The notes below the pieces were generated by a model, which made no database searches, was not told the DNA's origin, and saw only the letters and a list, made by a program, of their open reading frames with translations. The position numbers and the translations under genes are program-made. 64,000 nucleotides of DNA from Octopus sinensis. Lineage: Eukaryota. This document shows, piece by piece, positions 13,220 through 26,110 of this stretch (position 1 is its first letter; every line of letters begins with the position of its first letter). Where the stretch lies: the NCBI RefSeq assembly GCF_006345805.1, contig NC_043003.1:78678001-78742000 (forward strand). The letters are read 5' to 3'.

Positions 13220-13940
13220 GGGTCGTCTGCTGCTGGAGACGACTGACCAGGTAAAGGATCTGGGTATCTTGGTGGATTTTTCCTTTTCGCCTTCGGCCCA
13301 GTGCATCCATGCTGCCAACAAAGCACGCAGAGTTCTGCTTTTGATTCAACGGTCATTCGGAATGCTCACAGCAGCCATATTCCTGCCGCTCTATGTCACG
13401 CTGGTGAGACCCATATTGGAGTACGGGATTCAAGCCTCTTCTCCTTTTCTCCTCAAAGACATACATCATCTTGAAAGAGTCCAGAAGCTGGCTACTCGCA
13501 TGGTTCTTGGTCTCAAGCATTTGTCTTATGAAGAAAGGCTGAAGATGCTTGACCTTTATTCTCTAGAAAAACGACGCTGCCGTGGTGATCTCATTCTTCC
13601 TCACAACATCATAAGAGAAAAGTATAACCTCTCGAAAGAGCTGTTCTTCACTCCTGCTCCAGAGCGTAGGCTGTGGGGTCACTCCGAAAAGCTCTATCTG
13701 TGATGATTTCATCTCAATCGAAGGAGAGGGACTTTCTCCGTCCGGGTTGCGGATCCGTGGAATAAGCTGCCGGACGAGATAGTGAAGATGCCGATGACTG
13801 CTCGGTTCAAAGTCTCTCTTGACCAGAAATGGCCTGAACTCTTTGCATGAACACCCCTGTACATAACTCCATGTCCCCCTGCATGGCCTTGCTTTTTGCT
13901 TTTTGAGCCAAAAAATTAACTTTAACTTTAACTTTAACTG
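13220..13940 (+). mobile_element. CR1-clade LINE 3' fragment with (TTTAAC)n tail
   Basis: KDLGILVD...LYVTLVRPILEYG...LERVQKLATRMV..LKHLSYEERLKMLDLYSLEKRRCRGDLI...WNKLP. Confidence 0.9.
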
Positions 13941-14302
13941 ATGTTGTTAATTAAGAGATTATTTTTTCCTTGCCTCATATATAATTTTAATAAGCTTTCG
14001 AATGCCTACATTAAATATGTTATTACTAATTATTTGATTTTAATAGCTACCTGTATATTTCTTTTCCCAACTTATAAATCTTTTTTTTTTTTTAATAATT
14101 CAACATTCGTAAATATAGTCCAATACTTATGTTCCAGTTTGTCTTTCAATAACCTTGCTTTATATCAAATTTCCCTTTTTTTTTCTTCTTTTGTTTACTT
14201 TGGTCACGAGCACTGAAGGTGTTATGATTTCTTTATCATTTACAATAGATACTTCTAATTAGTCAACAATAGCCCTTCTTAAGAAATAAGTTAAGTATTT
14301 AC

Positions 14303-14449
14303 CTCGAACACATTGCCATTTTTGGAAGTAAAAGTGCCATAACCTTCTTTTTTACTGAGATAAAACATTCCTTTAAATTGTGTTGATTCTGGCCAAAAAT
14401 ACTTCCCATTGCCATGTCGAAAATCTTTGTAGAAACTGCCTTCATATAC
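14303..14449 (-). CDS. ANKMY1: ANKMY1-like coding exon 3 (MORN), 147 nt
   Basis: Not in the ORF track. Acceptor actttttag, VYEGSFYKDFRHGNGKYFWPESTQFKGMFYLSKKEGYGTFTSKNGNVFE, donor gtaaat, phase 0/0. Confidence 0.92.
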
Positions 14450-15489
14450 CTAAAAAGTAATTGAAATCAAGTATTTAGCCTAGAACATGTTCCTGAGAAT
14501 AGTATAGTATGGTAAAATGTAGAATATCGACACAACAACAACCACCACCACCACCATTTAACATTCGTTTGTCTATGCTGGCATGGGTTGGATGGTGTAA
14601 CCAGAGCTGACAAGCTGGCAGGAAGGCAGGGTGCTGCATCAGACTCCAGTCTGATTTGGCATGGTTTCTACAGCTGGACGCCCTTCTTAACACCAACCAC
14701 TTTACAGAGTGTGCCAGATGCTTTTACATGGTACTGCATGGGCACTTCTTTTATGTGACATCACATGGGCACTCTTACGAGTCACCACACGGGTGCTTTT
14801 ATTTGTTGTCACATGGGCACTTTTATGTAGCACCACCATGAGTGCTTTACACCATCAGAAGGATCAGAAAATCTCGATCAATTGCATTGTAAGAAAGTGT
14901 TGATAGAATGGTTTGACTTTAAAAATATCAACTTATATGTTAAAGCAGTAAAAGTACTGGTCTGGTCTTGAGGCACAAAAATGATGTGATGAGATGAGCA
15001 CTTGAAGGAAAAGGACTTTGTGTTGTTACTTATTTTGTTTGTTTTAGTCATTACACAACTAAGGCTATGCTGGAGCAACTTCCCTATTGATAGAGAAGGA
15101 GTGGAGAAAGACCTGAAAGATCAGATCTCAAATGAAATGGAGATGATATGAGGGTCAATCACAATGAGTGGTGGTATATAGTGCACAAGACCTATCCAAC
15201 CCACTAGCATGGGAGGAAAATGGATTTTTAAACATTAAAGCATAGAATAAAATGTTTTGCAGTATTTGTTCTGGTTCTTTACAATGTAGGTTCAAATCCC
15301 TTCTGGAGTCAAAGTACTTGGGTCGATGGCATTTACCAACTAACTTTTTTTTTTATATATATATACCCAGGCCTATTCACAATTCTTTTAGGAGTGGGTA
15401 GACACAACAAGACACACATTAGGCATTCCATTCATTTCCCAGCTCAAAGAAGTGAGCCTCATGCTATGCTTGGGTCAAGGCATAGAATG

Positions 15490-16810
15490 CAACCACCAAT
15501 ATCAGCAGTGGGGCCCAACTGTGTATGCTGGTTTTCCCTGCCACATCATGCTGCTTCCATGCCCCTTTGAGCAACATCAAATTCACTCATCCATCCACAA
15601 ACACTCTCCAAGCTTTCCTATCATTAATAAACTCTCTTACCCCTCTCACTCCAACACCTTTAACCATCAAAGCTTTCCTCACTCCATCCACACAAACCGA
15701 GGTCTGCCTTCTGGTTCTGCTGCCTACCTCTTCTGCCTTCATCACTCTCCTTACCATCCGCTCATCCATCCTCTCCATGTGGCCAAATCACCTCAACATT
15801 CATCTAATCATTTTGGTTGTTAGTTTTTCTCTCTCTCCTGCTTGCATTTGCACCTCCTCATTCCTCATCCTATTTCTGTACTGCCCACAAGGGGCTACAC
15901 ACAGAGGGAACAAACAAGGACAGACAAATGGATTAAGTCGATTATATCGACCCCAGTGCGTAACGGGTACTTATTTAATTGACCCTGAAAGGATGAAAGG
16001 CAAAGTTGACCTCGGCGGAATTTGAACTCAGAATGTAACAGCAGACGAAATACAGCTACGCATTTCGCCAGGTGTGCTAACGATTCTGCCAGCTCACCGC
16101 CTCATTCTTCATCCTGTCCATCTGTGTCACACCAGTCATAGCCCTCAGACATTTCATCTCAGACACATCTCATCGCCTCCTTTTCACCTCATGTCTCTGC
16201 ACCATATAACATTGTCAGCACAATCACGCCCTCATACACACCTCTTTTCACTTTCATATTCAACCTTTTATCTCTCAGCATACTTTTCACAATTCCAAGT
16301 ATCTTACTCCCCTCCCTCACTCTATATCCCATTTCCTTAGTCAACCCCACCATTCACAGTCACATGTGATCCCAGATACTTAAAAACACTCACCTTCTCT
16401 AATGTCTAACCATTTATACTCACATCCATCCTACCAGCCATTTCATCTCTTGAACATCTCATCACCTTACTCTTAGCTACATTCACTTTCAGTTTCCTTT
16501 TCTCACACACTCTTCCAAACTCTACCGCCAGTCTCCTCAGTTGCTCTTCCGAATCTGCCACCAGTGCTGTATCATCAGCAAACAACAACTGACTCACCTA
16601 CCATTTCTCTCCACTTTCTCCCACCATTTGGGCTCTCCCACCAAAGGTTCTAGCATTCACCTCTGTCACCACACCATCCATCTATAAATCAAACAGCCAT
16701 AGAGACATCACACAACTCTGTTTTAACCCCACCTTCACATCAACCCACTCACTTACTTCACTACCCACCCTAATGCATGCCCTACTCTCCTGGGTATGCC
16801 TATAAACTAC
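15490..16810 (-). mobile_element. RTE-type LINE RT fragment interrupted by a family B SINE (~15876-16100)
   Basis: VKVGLKQSCVMS.WLF...SQLLFADDTALVADSEEQLRRLAVEFGRVCEKRKLKVNVAKSKVM...FKYLGS. Confidence 0.88.
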
Positions 16811-17989
16811 ATCCAGTAGTGGGACCCTGGGGTCCTGGTTTCAGGGTTTGAGGAGTGTGTAACCACCTCTTAGCCATTCTTGTTCCCAGGTCAACTCTGG
16901 CCTGGAGTGGTAGCATTTGTAAGGGTCCCAGCTTTGGGTTAACTAGCAAACCCCTCTGTGACTTGGGTGGGTGGTGGAGAGTTGGGAGAATGCAGTTGCT
17001 GTATTCCCAGCATGGTGTAAGAGGTGACTAAAAGGAGTGGGAGTGAAGGGACTGGGAATCCATTCCTCCTAATAATTTCATATTTCTAAAAAGACATCAA
17101 GGTTAACCAACCAACTACCCAGTAATAATTACTCATTTAGATTTTTAAAGATGTTGACACATGTTATTTATTATTATGTTTGCACATATTAAGGTGGCGA
17201 GCTGGCAGAATTGTTAGCATGCCAGGCAGAATGCTTAGCAGTATGTCATCTGACTTTACATTCTAAGTTCAAATGTCACCAGGTTCAACTTTGCCTTTCA
17301 TCCTTTCGGGGTTGATCTAATTGACTAATCCCCTCCCACAAAATTTCAGGCTTTGTGCTTGTAGTAGAAAGGATTATGTTAACACTTATTATTAACACAG
17401 TTGCATAAAGAAGTGCTGATCACTTAAAGTGGGGAGAAGTTGTGGAAGAGAGAACCCCAGGATGAAGTGTTGAAGGCGAATCTCAAAATGCTAAGCCTTA
17501 TGAAGGAGTTGACTGAGGGATCAAGATATGTGGGGCATTGTGACACTCAAGAAGACCCACTTGCCACAGAAGAACTGAGATCATGAAACCTTGGTGCCAT
17601 GTAAAAAGCATTGGTGTGGGTGCTGATGCCATACAAAAAGCACTGGTGATGGTATCACATAGAAAACACCCAGTACACTCCATGAAGTGATTATGGAACC
17701 TGGTGTGGCCTCTGGTGTTGCAAGTTCCTGTCAAGCCATCCAACCCATGCCAGCATGGAAAACAGATGTTGAATGTTGCTAATATTAATGATTAAAACAC
17801 ATTTACCAAACACAAAATGGTAAATCTGACAGGAGCCCAAATTGTCAGCTTCATAGAGTACCACCAAAGTTTGAGTACACGCAGACATGATAAGAGGGAT
17901 TAGAAGTTTACTTTACAACCTTATGATTCCAGGTTCAATCTCACAATATGGGACTGACCTGTGCATGTAAGGGAGGGGCATGTTTTCAA

Positions 17990-18440
17990 TTGTTGGTCTT
18001 ATAATAATAATAATAAACATTGTGTACAGTGCTCAGGTGCACTACAACTCATCGAAAGTGTATATATAATCAGGTGTAGTTTTGACGGATTTCGGAAAGC
18101 ATGAGGGCCTTAAAGGATGCAGTGTCATGGCAGTCAACAACTGACGCAGGCAGTTTATTCCATGCTTCAGCAACTCTGAGTGTGAAGAAATGTTTCCGAA
18201 AGTCATGGGAGCTGTGTTGTTTTCTGACTTTGTAGGCATGTCCACGTGTGTTAGACACATGGAGATCAAAAAGGTGTTCAGTGTTGTTATTGGTGAGGTG
18301 GTTTTCACAGGGGAAATTGCTTTTTTACATTGGTTATGTTTCCCTTGGTTAGGATGATACCAACATCTAACAATGTGCAATGATTCTGCTATGTATCTAA
18401 GTACCATCTCTGACCAATATCCAAAGATTGATGAAAGTCA
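17990..18440 (-). mobile_element. CR1-clade LINE 3' end
   Basis: NTRGHAYKVRKQHSSHDFRKHFFTLRVAEAWNKLPASVV, followed by a (TTA)n-type tail. Confidence 0.85.
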
Positions 18441-18852
18441 GTAACAACAATGAGTAACCAGTCCCAAAACAAAAAAAGTAAGTGGTGTGGTGGGTGAATG
18501 ACACAACAACAATATAAAATAAATAAAATTATTGTAACTTAATAAATATTAAGTAACTCAACCTTTTAGCATTCTGATTAATCATATTGTTTTGAATAAA
18601 TCACACATTGTCTCACAACATCAAGGGTTTGGTGGTGTGATGGTTACTTTTTAGAATGACATAGTAGGGTCGGTGTGAAAGGCCAGATCTGGCTGGTATG
18701 AACACACAGGCAAAATATTTGGGCCTGATGTGGCTAGTTTAAATGCTAAAGGGTTAAAGGGTTATATCTTTACTTAAAACTACTAATGATTAGATAACAA
18801 TAAATATAATTTAGTGACAATGTACAGAAGATTAATAGTAATTATGTTTTAC

Positions 18853-18947
18853 CTCCTTACTGATGTATGTTTGTGTTCCTATGCCTTCACGCAAATCATT
18901 TAGAAATTCTCCTTCATATAAACTACCATCTCTGAAAAGCTGTTTAC
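18853..18947 (-). CDS. ANKMY1: ANKMY1-like coding exon 2 (MORN), 95 nt
   Basis: Not in the ORF track. Acceptor ctcatcaaacag, phase 1: (G)KQLFRDGSLYEGEFLNDLREGIGTQTYISKE, then donor gtaaaa. Phases match both neighbours. Confidence 0.9.
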
Positions 18948-19842
18948 CTGTTTGATGAGAAAAAGTTAAAAATAAAAGACAAATTATTAAAACTTAATTC
19001 AGTAAGTTATTTACAATGAATTTCTAATGAAAATAATCATTGCTAAAAAGACTGCACCAACTATCAATCCATATTTTTACAGTGTCATCAGAGGAATTAT
19101 GCTAACAGACTAAGAAATAGCTACCATCTGAAAAATCACTTCTGTGAGCTTTTATGGATGACATCACTGCCATAATGGAGATAAGAAAAGAAGCTAAAGC
19201 CCCAGGTTAGTAACATTGGTTGCATACCAGCATCAAATGAAATGACAGTTAACCAACAATGTGGCGTTATATTGAGGAATTTTGCTTTGAAGTTGGAGAA
19301 GAGCAGATTCTAACAATCAGGGTAGCACACTGGACAAAATGCTTTGTGGCATTTCACCCATCTTTGCATTCTGAGTTTCAAACTCCACTGAGGTCAACTT
19401 TGCCTTTCATCCTTTTGGGTTCAATAGGATTTGAAACCAATATTCTGTTCTATATTTGCAAAACTGCTATTTCAAAATTTGAAACCTATATTCTGTTCTA
19501 TATAATGGCAGTGAGCTGACAGAATTGTTAGCATGCCTGGCAAACTGCTTAGTGACACTTTGTCTGTCTTTACATCCTGAGTTCAAATCCTGCTGAGGTT
19601 TACTTTGCTGTCCATCCTTTTGGTATCGATAAAATAAGTACCAGTTGAACACAAGGGTTGATGTAATCAACTGATCCACTACCCTGAACTTGCTGGCCTT
19701 GTGCCAAAATTTGAAACCAATATTTATATTCATTGAAAGGTGATTGGTTTCAGAACAATTTCCTTGTTATAACATTCACCTCTCTTACTTCATGTCATAT
19801 CAATTCCAGGCCATACAAAAAAGTAATGTAGTTTATAGTTAC

Positions 19843-20056
19843 CATAGCCTGAGCGTTTGTTATCAAGATATTCTCCATCGTACCAAGAACCATCAGTCCA
19901 GGTGAAAATTCCTTTTCCACTTCTATGATTATTTTTGACCATACCTTTGTAAACACTGCCACTTTTATAATGAATTTCAGTAACATCTCCATCCTTATTA
20001 TCAGAGAGATCTGTAAAGCTGCTTGCACTAGAGAGAGGTGGTAACTCTGAATTCAT
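19843..20056 (-). CDS. ANKMY1: ANKMY1-like, first coding exon (MORN repeats); exon probably starts at acceptor 20088
   Basis: Translates MNSELPP...VYKGMVKNNHRSGKGIFTWTDGSWYDGEYLDNKRSGY(G), which is MORN consensus. Acceptor atttcag at 20089, ATG at 20056-20054, phase-1 donor gtaact at 19842. The start codon is inferred because the frame is open back to the acceptor. Confidence 0.85.
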
Positions 20057-21663
20057 CTTACACCTTGGGGATGTATCAGGCAAAACAGCTGAAATATGAC
20101 CATAAATTGTTTGCAGTTAAAAAAACAATGATAATTCTCATCAGAAAGAAATTTGATACAGGTAGACTGTTAACTACTTCAGTTGGGGCTGTTAACTATA
20201 GCTTTTCTGTTTATACTGTTAATCCTAACTTAACAATTTGGACTGTAACTACATTTTGTCAGTTCTGATTGTTAAACACATTTTGTCAATTTGGAAAGTA
20301 AACCACATTTTGTCAGTCTGGAGTGTTAGTTCTGACTGTTATTTACATTTTGTTAATTTGAACTGTGGATAGATATTCAATATATATATAATTTTAATAA
20401 TTACTGGTATTTTTATTTATGTAAAGCATAATATGTTATACATGTATGTATATTGTTATAATTATTTATTTTTTTAAAATAAATAAATAGACATAATATA
20501 ATGTCTAAAATTTGATGAATACCACATCTTGATCCCCTCCATTTTCTTATTGCCGTATATATATTTTATCAGTTTGGACTGTTGGCCACATTTTACCATT
20601 TTTTGTGGTGCTAATTACTATATCTTATCAATTTGGGCTGTTAAATCATGTTGTCAGTTAGAACTGAAAAATAGATCCTGTGTGGCTGAACTGCATCTGT
20701 TTAAACTGAACTATTAATTCGGTAGTATTTAAACTGACCATATCCATCCCAAATATTCTACCAGTTTTATGTTTAAGCTGACAAGATCTGTCCTCTTACA
20801 CCCATCCTGTAATGTCATTCTAAAAATAAACAATCACATTACTGAAATTTTGAAACTATGAGATAATGCATAATTCATTCAAAATGCCATGAATGCATAA
20901 GCATTACATTTGACAGAGTAATCTGAATGTTAAAGGGCCAAACACATCTAAAAGTTTCTATTGTTAGCTACATCTACATCTTACTAACCATTACTGTTAA
21001 GCAAATCAATTTGGACTGTTAACCACATGTTGTAAGGTTACCAGCTGACAGAATCGTCTCAGCATCAGAGAGTATATCACATGGTATACGTCGCACAGGG
21101 TGAAAGCGTATGGCTTAGTGGATAGGGTAGTCGATTCACGATTGTACAATCGTGAGTTCGATTCCCGGAGATGTGTTGTGTTCTTCAGCAAGACACTTTA
21201 TTTCTCATTGCTCCAGTCCACTCAGCTGGTAAAAAGGGAGGGAAAGACTTCTGCTCGTCCCCACTCCCAATATCTCCGAAATCTTTTTTTCCCCCGGAAA
21301 CCCACGTTTTCGGCTATGGAGATTCCGGAAAAATGCCAAAAATCGGCATTGATTGAATAATGGACCTAAATTTTTGAGTATGTTATTCTAATTATAGATT
21401 TTAACCCAGAGTTATCTCCCTTCATTTTTTTTTTAACTTAACCCCCACCCCTACACCCCTTAAATATAACATTAAAAGTAATTAACTGAATAAATAGACA
21501 GATAAATATTTTAAAAGACTAAATGACTGATTGGTTCATTAATTAAGTGACTCAACACAATTACACAGAGTCTTGCATTTGAGGCATTTTGTCAGATAAA
21601 ATAGATTTTAAACACAATTTTAGTGATAAATAACATATGCATATATGTATATATATAACAAAA

Positions 21664-21701
21664 CTGTCCGATGAACGGGAACGTGAAACTCCGAGTAACA
21701 G
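21664..21701 (+). ncRNA. Minimal type I hammerhead ribozyme motif (core variant CCGAUGA)
   Basis: CTGT-CCGATGA-ACG(GGAA)CGT-GAAA-CTC(C)GAG-TA-ACAG. Stem I CTGT/ACAG, stem II ACG/CGT, near-palindromic stem III. The core has C at U4. Confidence 0.6.
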
Positions 21702-21803
21702 GTCTTGTTGAATTTCTGCTGCTTTTAAATAAAGCATATGACTCTACCCCTGGTATTTGAGTACTCTTTTTTCCACCTTGTTTCACATTTATGAGTTTAC
21801 TCC

Positions 21804-21843
<40 letters not shown>

Positions 21844-21950
21844 CACATATAAATGTATAGCTATATGTTTATTTATATTTATGTATATGTAAAAGTGTGT
21901 ATACATGTATGTATTTATATTTATAACTTAATCTTATGAACTTTCTAAAC

Positions 21951-22072
21951 TCTCTGACGAAGCCCAGAGGTACACCCAAGTACCTTAATCTTATCTACCA
22001 AATACTTTAGTTCACTGAAGGGATGGAAGTAAAGTGGGGTACTATGACCTACTGGCTGAAACAGCTGTAAGA
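21951..22072 (+). ncRNA. Type I hammerhead motif with extended stem II and palindromic stem III
   Basis: TCT-CTGACGA-AGCCCAGAGGTACACCC...GGGGTACTATGACCTACTGGCT-GAAA-CAGCTG-TA-AGA. The core is intact. A 5'-half-only copy lies at about 22600-22663. Confidence 0.7.
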
Positions 22073-22496
22073 AACTATTCTACTTTCTATGTTCTACGGT
22101 ATATATTTTAATAATTACTGGTATTTTTATATATATATATATATAAAGCATATTATGCTATACATGTATGTATATTGTTATAAGAGTGTTTTTTTTCAAA
22201 CAACTAAATAAATAGACATAATATAATGTCTAAAAGTTGATGAATACCACCTTTTGATCCCCTCCATTTTCTTATTGCTGTATAAATTAAGGACAAAACA
22301 ACTTTTTACCCTCACCCATTTATTACATTCAGTAGTGTAATTGTCATGCAATGAAGAAACACTTATGTATCAATAATTGGGTATTCTACCAGCAGTATAT
22401 TGGATAGATATTATCCCTTAGTTGGTTGGATTCACAACCTCTAACTCTCTTGGAATTATTTATAAATCTGCGTGTGCGACCTTTTTCTCAGTATAA

Positions 22497-22551
<55 letters not shown>

Positions 22552-22989
22552 TGTATGTGTGCGTGTGTGCATATGTACGTATTTATATTTCTAACTTAAT
22601 CTTATGAGCTTTCTAAACTCTCTGACGAAGCTCAGAGGCACACCCAAGTAGCTTAATCTTATCTTATGTATGTATGTATGTATGTATGTATGTATGTATA
22701 TATATATATATATATACATATATATGTATATATGTATATATATTTATATATATATACATTTATATATAAATATATATATATATACACACACACATATATA
22801 TATATACACATACATACATACATACATACAAACACACGTACATGCATGCATGCATATCTATCTATCTACCAATCTACCTACCTACCTACTTACCTACCTA
22901 CCTACCTACATACCTACCTACCTACCTACCTACCTATTTACCTACCTACATACATACATACATACTAAAACAGAGAGATATAGATAGAC

Positions 22990-23490
22990 AAGCATATACA
23001 CAGCGAATTTTAACATAAAGCTAAAAATCAGCGAAAAAGAAAATACCTACACCAAACTATTGAGAAATCTGCAATCACTCTAATCAGGTTACAAGTTTAG
23101 GTTTATACCTGTAATTATTAGGACACTGGGATATATAACACATTGCCTAAGTACCAATCTTGAGAAATTAGGCTTCTCAAAACCAAAAAGGAGAAAGTGA
23201 TTCAATGGAACGGTAAAAATTTGTTAAACTTTCAAGAAGTTTATCAGTTAAGTATAAATGCACATGTCTAAACATGCAACTATATGCATGAGAATATATA
23301 CACTAAACAAAACATACAGATCTACACATGCACGGGTTCCAAATGATTCATATAGACATGCATACATGCAAAAATACCCTGTTGATGTTGTTGACATTTC
23401 AGTTGACATTTCAGTGGATCTAAGTTAGAAACTGGCTGTTTCTCTATTGGCAAGAAATTTTGAATAAAACTGAATAATGACATACATATA
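22990..23490 (+). mobile_element. R4/Dong-like (RLE) non-LTR retroelement 3' end with (ATAC)n tail
   Basis: KISEKENTYTKLLRNLQSL*SGYKFRFIPVIIRTLGY...GTVKIC*TFKKF matches the C-terminus of restriction-like-endonuclease LINEs. The same 3'UTR occurs at about 28690-28800(-) and 63480-63600(-). Confidence 0.7.
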
Positions 23491-23538
23491 AGTATACATG
23501 TATACATACATACATACATACATACATACATACATACA

Positions 23539-23570
<32 letters not shown>

Positions 23571-23833
23571 CAACTCTCCCACACACTCGTCCATTAACGA
23601 GTGATAAATGCCGCTGATGTAAACAGATAAAAGGTGTGTATGATGTAACAAGTGTTGAAAACTCTACAATGTACGGAAAACTCAGGGTTAAAAATATCTC
23701 ATATATTTCGTATACTTATTTCAAAATAAATGTTGATTTTGAATGAAACGTTAAAATTTAAAAAGGACCAGGTCAAAAATGTATCCAAGGTGGATCAGAC
23801 CCTCGCGAAACAATAAGGGTGTCTATAGCTCAC

Positions 23834-23929
23834 CTGATTAATTGTCAGTTTCAAGCATGTTGTCTTGTGAATTATTACATAAACAATTAAATCACATTGA
23901 ACGCGGTAAACTGATGTTGCTATGGCACT
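23834..23929 (-). promoter_or_regulatory. Candidate ANKMY1 promoter and non-coding first exon with RFX X-box-like motif
   Basis: GTTGCTATGGCACT at 23916-23929 matches 12/14 of GTTGCTATGGCAAC. A minus-strand donor CAG|GTGAGC at 23834/23833 lies ~80 nt downstream in gene orientation. The sequence is non-repetitive with some CpG. Confidence 0.5.
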
Positions 23930-24189
23930 TGCAGGGGAGGTAACTCTAACAGTTCTTTTAATTGTAGTGATTTTTTTTATCTCCCTTTTTCTTATTATGA
24001 TAGTATTTAACCATATATTGTAACACATACACAGTATTATTACATACTTACACACAAAAAAGGAAGACGATGAGTTGGCGTTTGGAAAATCTTGTTTTTC
24101 TCGTCGCATACCTATATCTGTGATGACTGTAATAGCCTCGAGCCGATCAAAGCCTTGTGAGTGGATTTGGTAGACAGAATCTGAAACCG

Positions 24190-26110
24190 CATCGTCACTG
24201 ACGTAGACCAACATGGAAATGACAGTGCCGGCTACAATGATCGTACTTGGAATTGTCCACCAGTCTTGTCTTTGTGCTGTTTTCCCCATAGGATTTGCTT
24301 TTCTTCGTCCGTAAGCTTCTCCCGCTCCTCCATTCTTTTAAAACCTTTGTCAAGTTCCAGCTTCCAGCGTGAGCAATCATCAGCAATATCGTCTCACTTT
24401 TCAACGTATCTGTACAAAGCATACAACTCTGAAACGAAGATGAAATGTCCGTGTTCTCTTACCAGAGGCCAGTTCGCCATGCAACAAGTCTTTTGGGTCC
24501 TCCCACCTTCCATGAGTCAAAAGAGAAATCGTTGTTGCTATAGAATGAAGAGGCTGGGTGCGAGTCAGAACCTTATTGTTGGTACCTTGGTCAGTCCACT
24601 TGATGTTCAGAATCCATCTCAGGCTACGTATGGGGAAGATATGAAAGGCTGCTCTTGCCTGGAATAGGTGCTCCAAATCTCACTGCTATAAAGCATTGCA
24701 CTGAGAACATTAGCTCAGTAGATTGCAGTGTTAGTGTTTGTCGTTAGCGTACATGTTTTCCCAGACTCTTGTTATCAGTCAGTCTAGTGGTCCTGAAGGA
24801 GGAAGGGGTCCATATGTCCTTTGGCGGTCCACTTAAGATCTTGTTAAAATATGTGTTTCATTAATTGGTTCTATTTCTACTATACACAAAATATTTTAAC
24901 AATTTTTAAATATAATTCCTAATAATATTTAATCATAAAAATATAATAGGATTTTTTTAAAACATTTAATGGCTCTGAGGGTCCATCCAAATAAAGTAGG
25001 GGTCAAAGAGGAACCATGGGCAAAAAATGGTTCAGAATCACTGGCCTAGCTTGTGTTGAAGCTGTTCTTCTACATCGTCAGTTAGTCTCAGATGCTAGAG
25101 AAAGGTTCGTGATGGTGAGGCTGAGGTATATATGCTCATGGACTGCCTCAAGATCACATTTGTTAATGAGGATGGTAGTAGAGTGCTCAGAACATCGGTC
25201 CAACATTTGATACTCTTCCGGCTGATGCTCCAGCCAAAGTCTTCGTAAAGTGCTGCTGTCTTCTTCCAATCATGACTCACGCCATTAACCACAAAGAATT
25301 ATCTCTAATTCGAGCCTACTCTAAGCTACTAAGAATGCGTGTGGCAACTTGAAAATCCACCCACCACACGCGATAGACTAGTGGTTGCACGGGCGCGAAA
25401 GCTACGTTGTTATCCTCATTCCGTAAACGGTGGCTTTTAACGGGTGTTACATCATGGGGTACAGAGGATTCGCAATCTAGACTAGGGACTGAGCAAGTTT
25501 CCGTTTGATTTTGTGTACGAGTAAATACCATCAATTGATGTTCCAAAGGTGTGCTTCAGGATGACTGCCTTATTTCACTCCACAGTAAATGCTGTGGAGT
25601 GGAAGCTCTCCGTCGGTTACGACGACGTGGGTTCCGATTGATCCGATCAACGGAACAGCCAGCTCGTGAAATTAACGTGTAAGTGGCTGAGCACTCCACA
25701 GACACGTGTACCCTTAACGTAGTTCTCGGGGATATTCAGCGTGACACAGAGAGTGACAAGACCGGCCCTTTGAAACACAGGTACAACAGAAACAGGAAGT
25801 AAGAGTGAGAGAAAGTTGTGGTGAAAGAGTACAGCAGGGATCACCACCATCCCCTGTCGGAGCCTCGTGGAGCTTTAGGTGTTTTCGCTCAATAAACACT
25901 CACAACGCCCGGTCTGGAAATCGAAACCGCGATCCTACGACCGCGAGTCCGCTGCCCTAACCCCTGGGCCATTGCGATCATCAAACAGAATGGTGCCTTT
26001 CAGGTTTCAGTGGAATGAATGAACAATCCCGGTTTACCCTACCTTGGCAAAGATTTTGAACAGTCTGTCTCTGTTCACGGTGTCGAACACATACCCGAAG
26101 TCAACCGTCC
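24190..26110 (-). mobile_element. Decayed RTE (BovB-like) LINE with a nested hAT-like MITE (~24785-25051) and tRNA-SINE (~25600-25978)
   Basis: Collinear remnants VDFGYVFDTVNRDRLFKI, GVK*G, AVILKHTFGTSIDGIY, EAVHEHIYL, LRWILNIKWTD, PKDLLHGELASGKR. The MITE end ggttcagaatcactg is Charlie-like. Confidence 0.85.

Noticed and set aside
21100-21180. tRNA-like sequences with A/B boxes (also 3505-3570, 50505-50570, 25915-25978)
   Set aside because: Each continues into a SINE body and lacks a complete cloverleaf, so they are SINE heads and not tRNA genes.
22659-22987. ORFs rich in YI/HT/VC/MYVC/His/Val/Gly (also 26523-27091, 28380-29164, 38662-39156, 42831-43181, 54142-55369, 55729-55977)
   Set aside because: They are translations of (TA)n, (CA)n, (TATG)n, (CAC)n, (GCC)n and (TCTA)n microsatellites.
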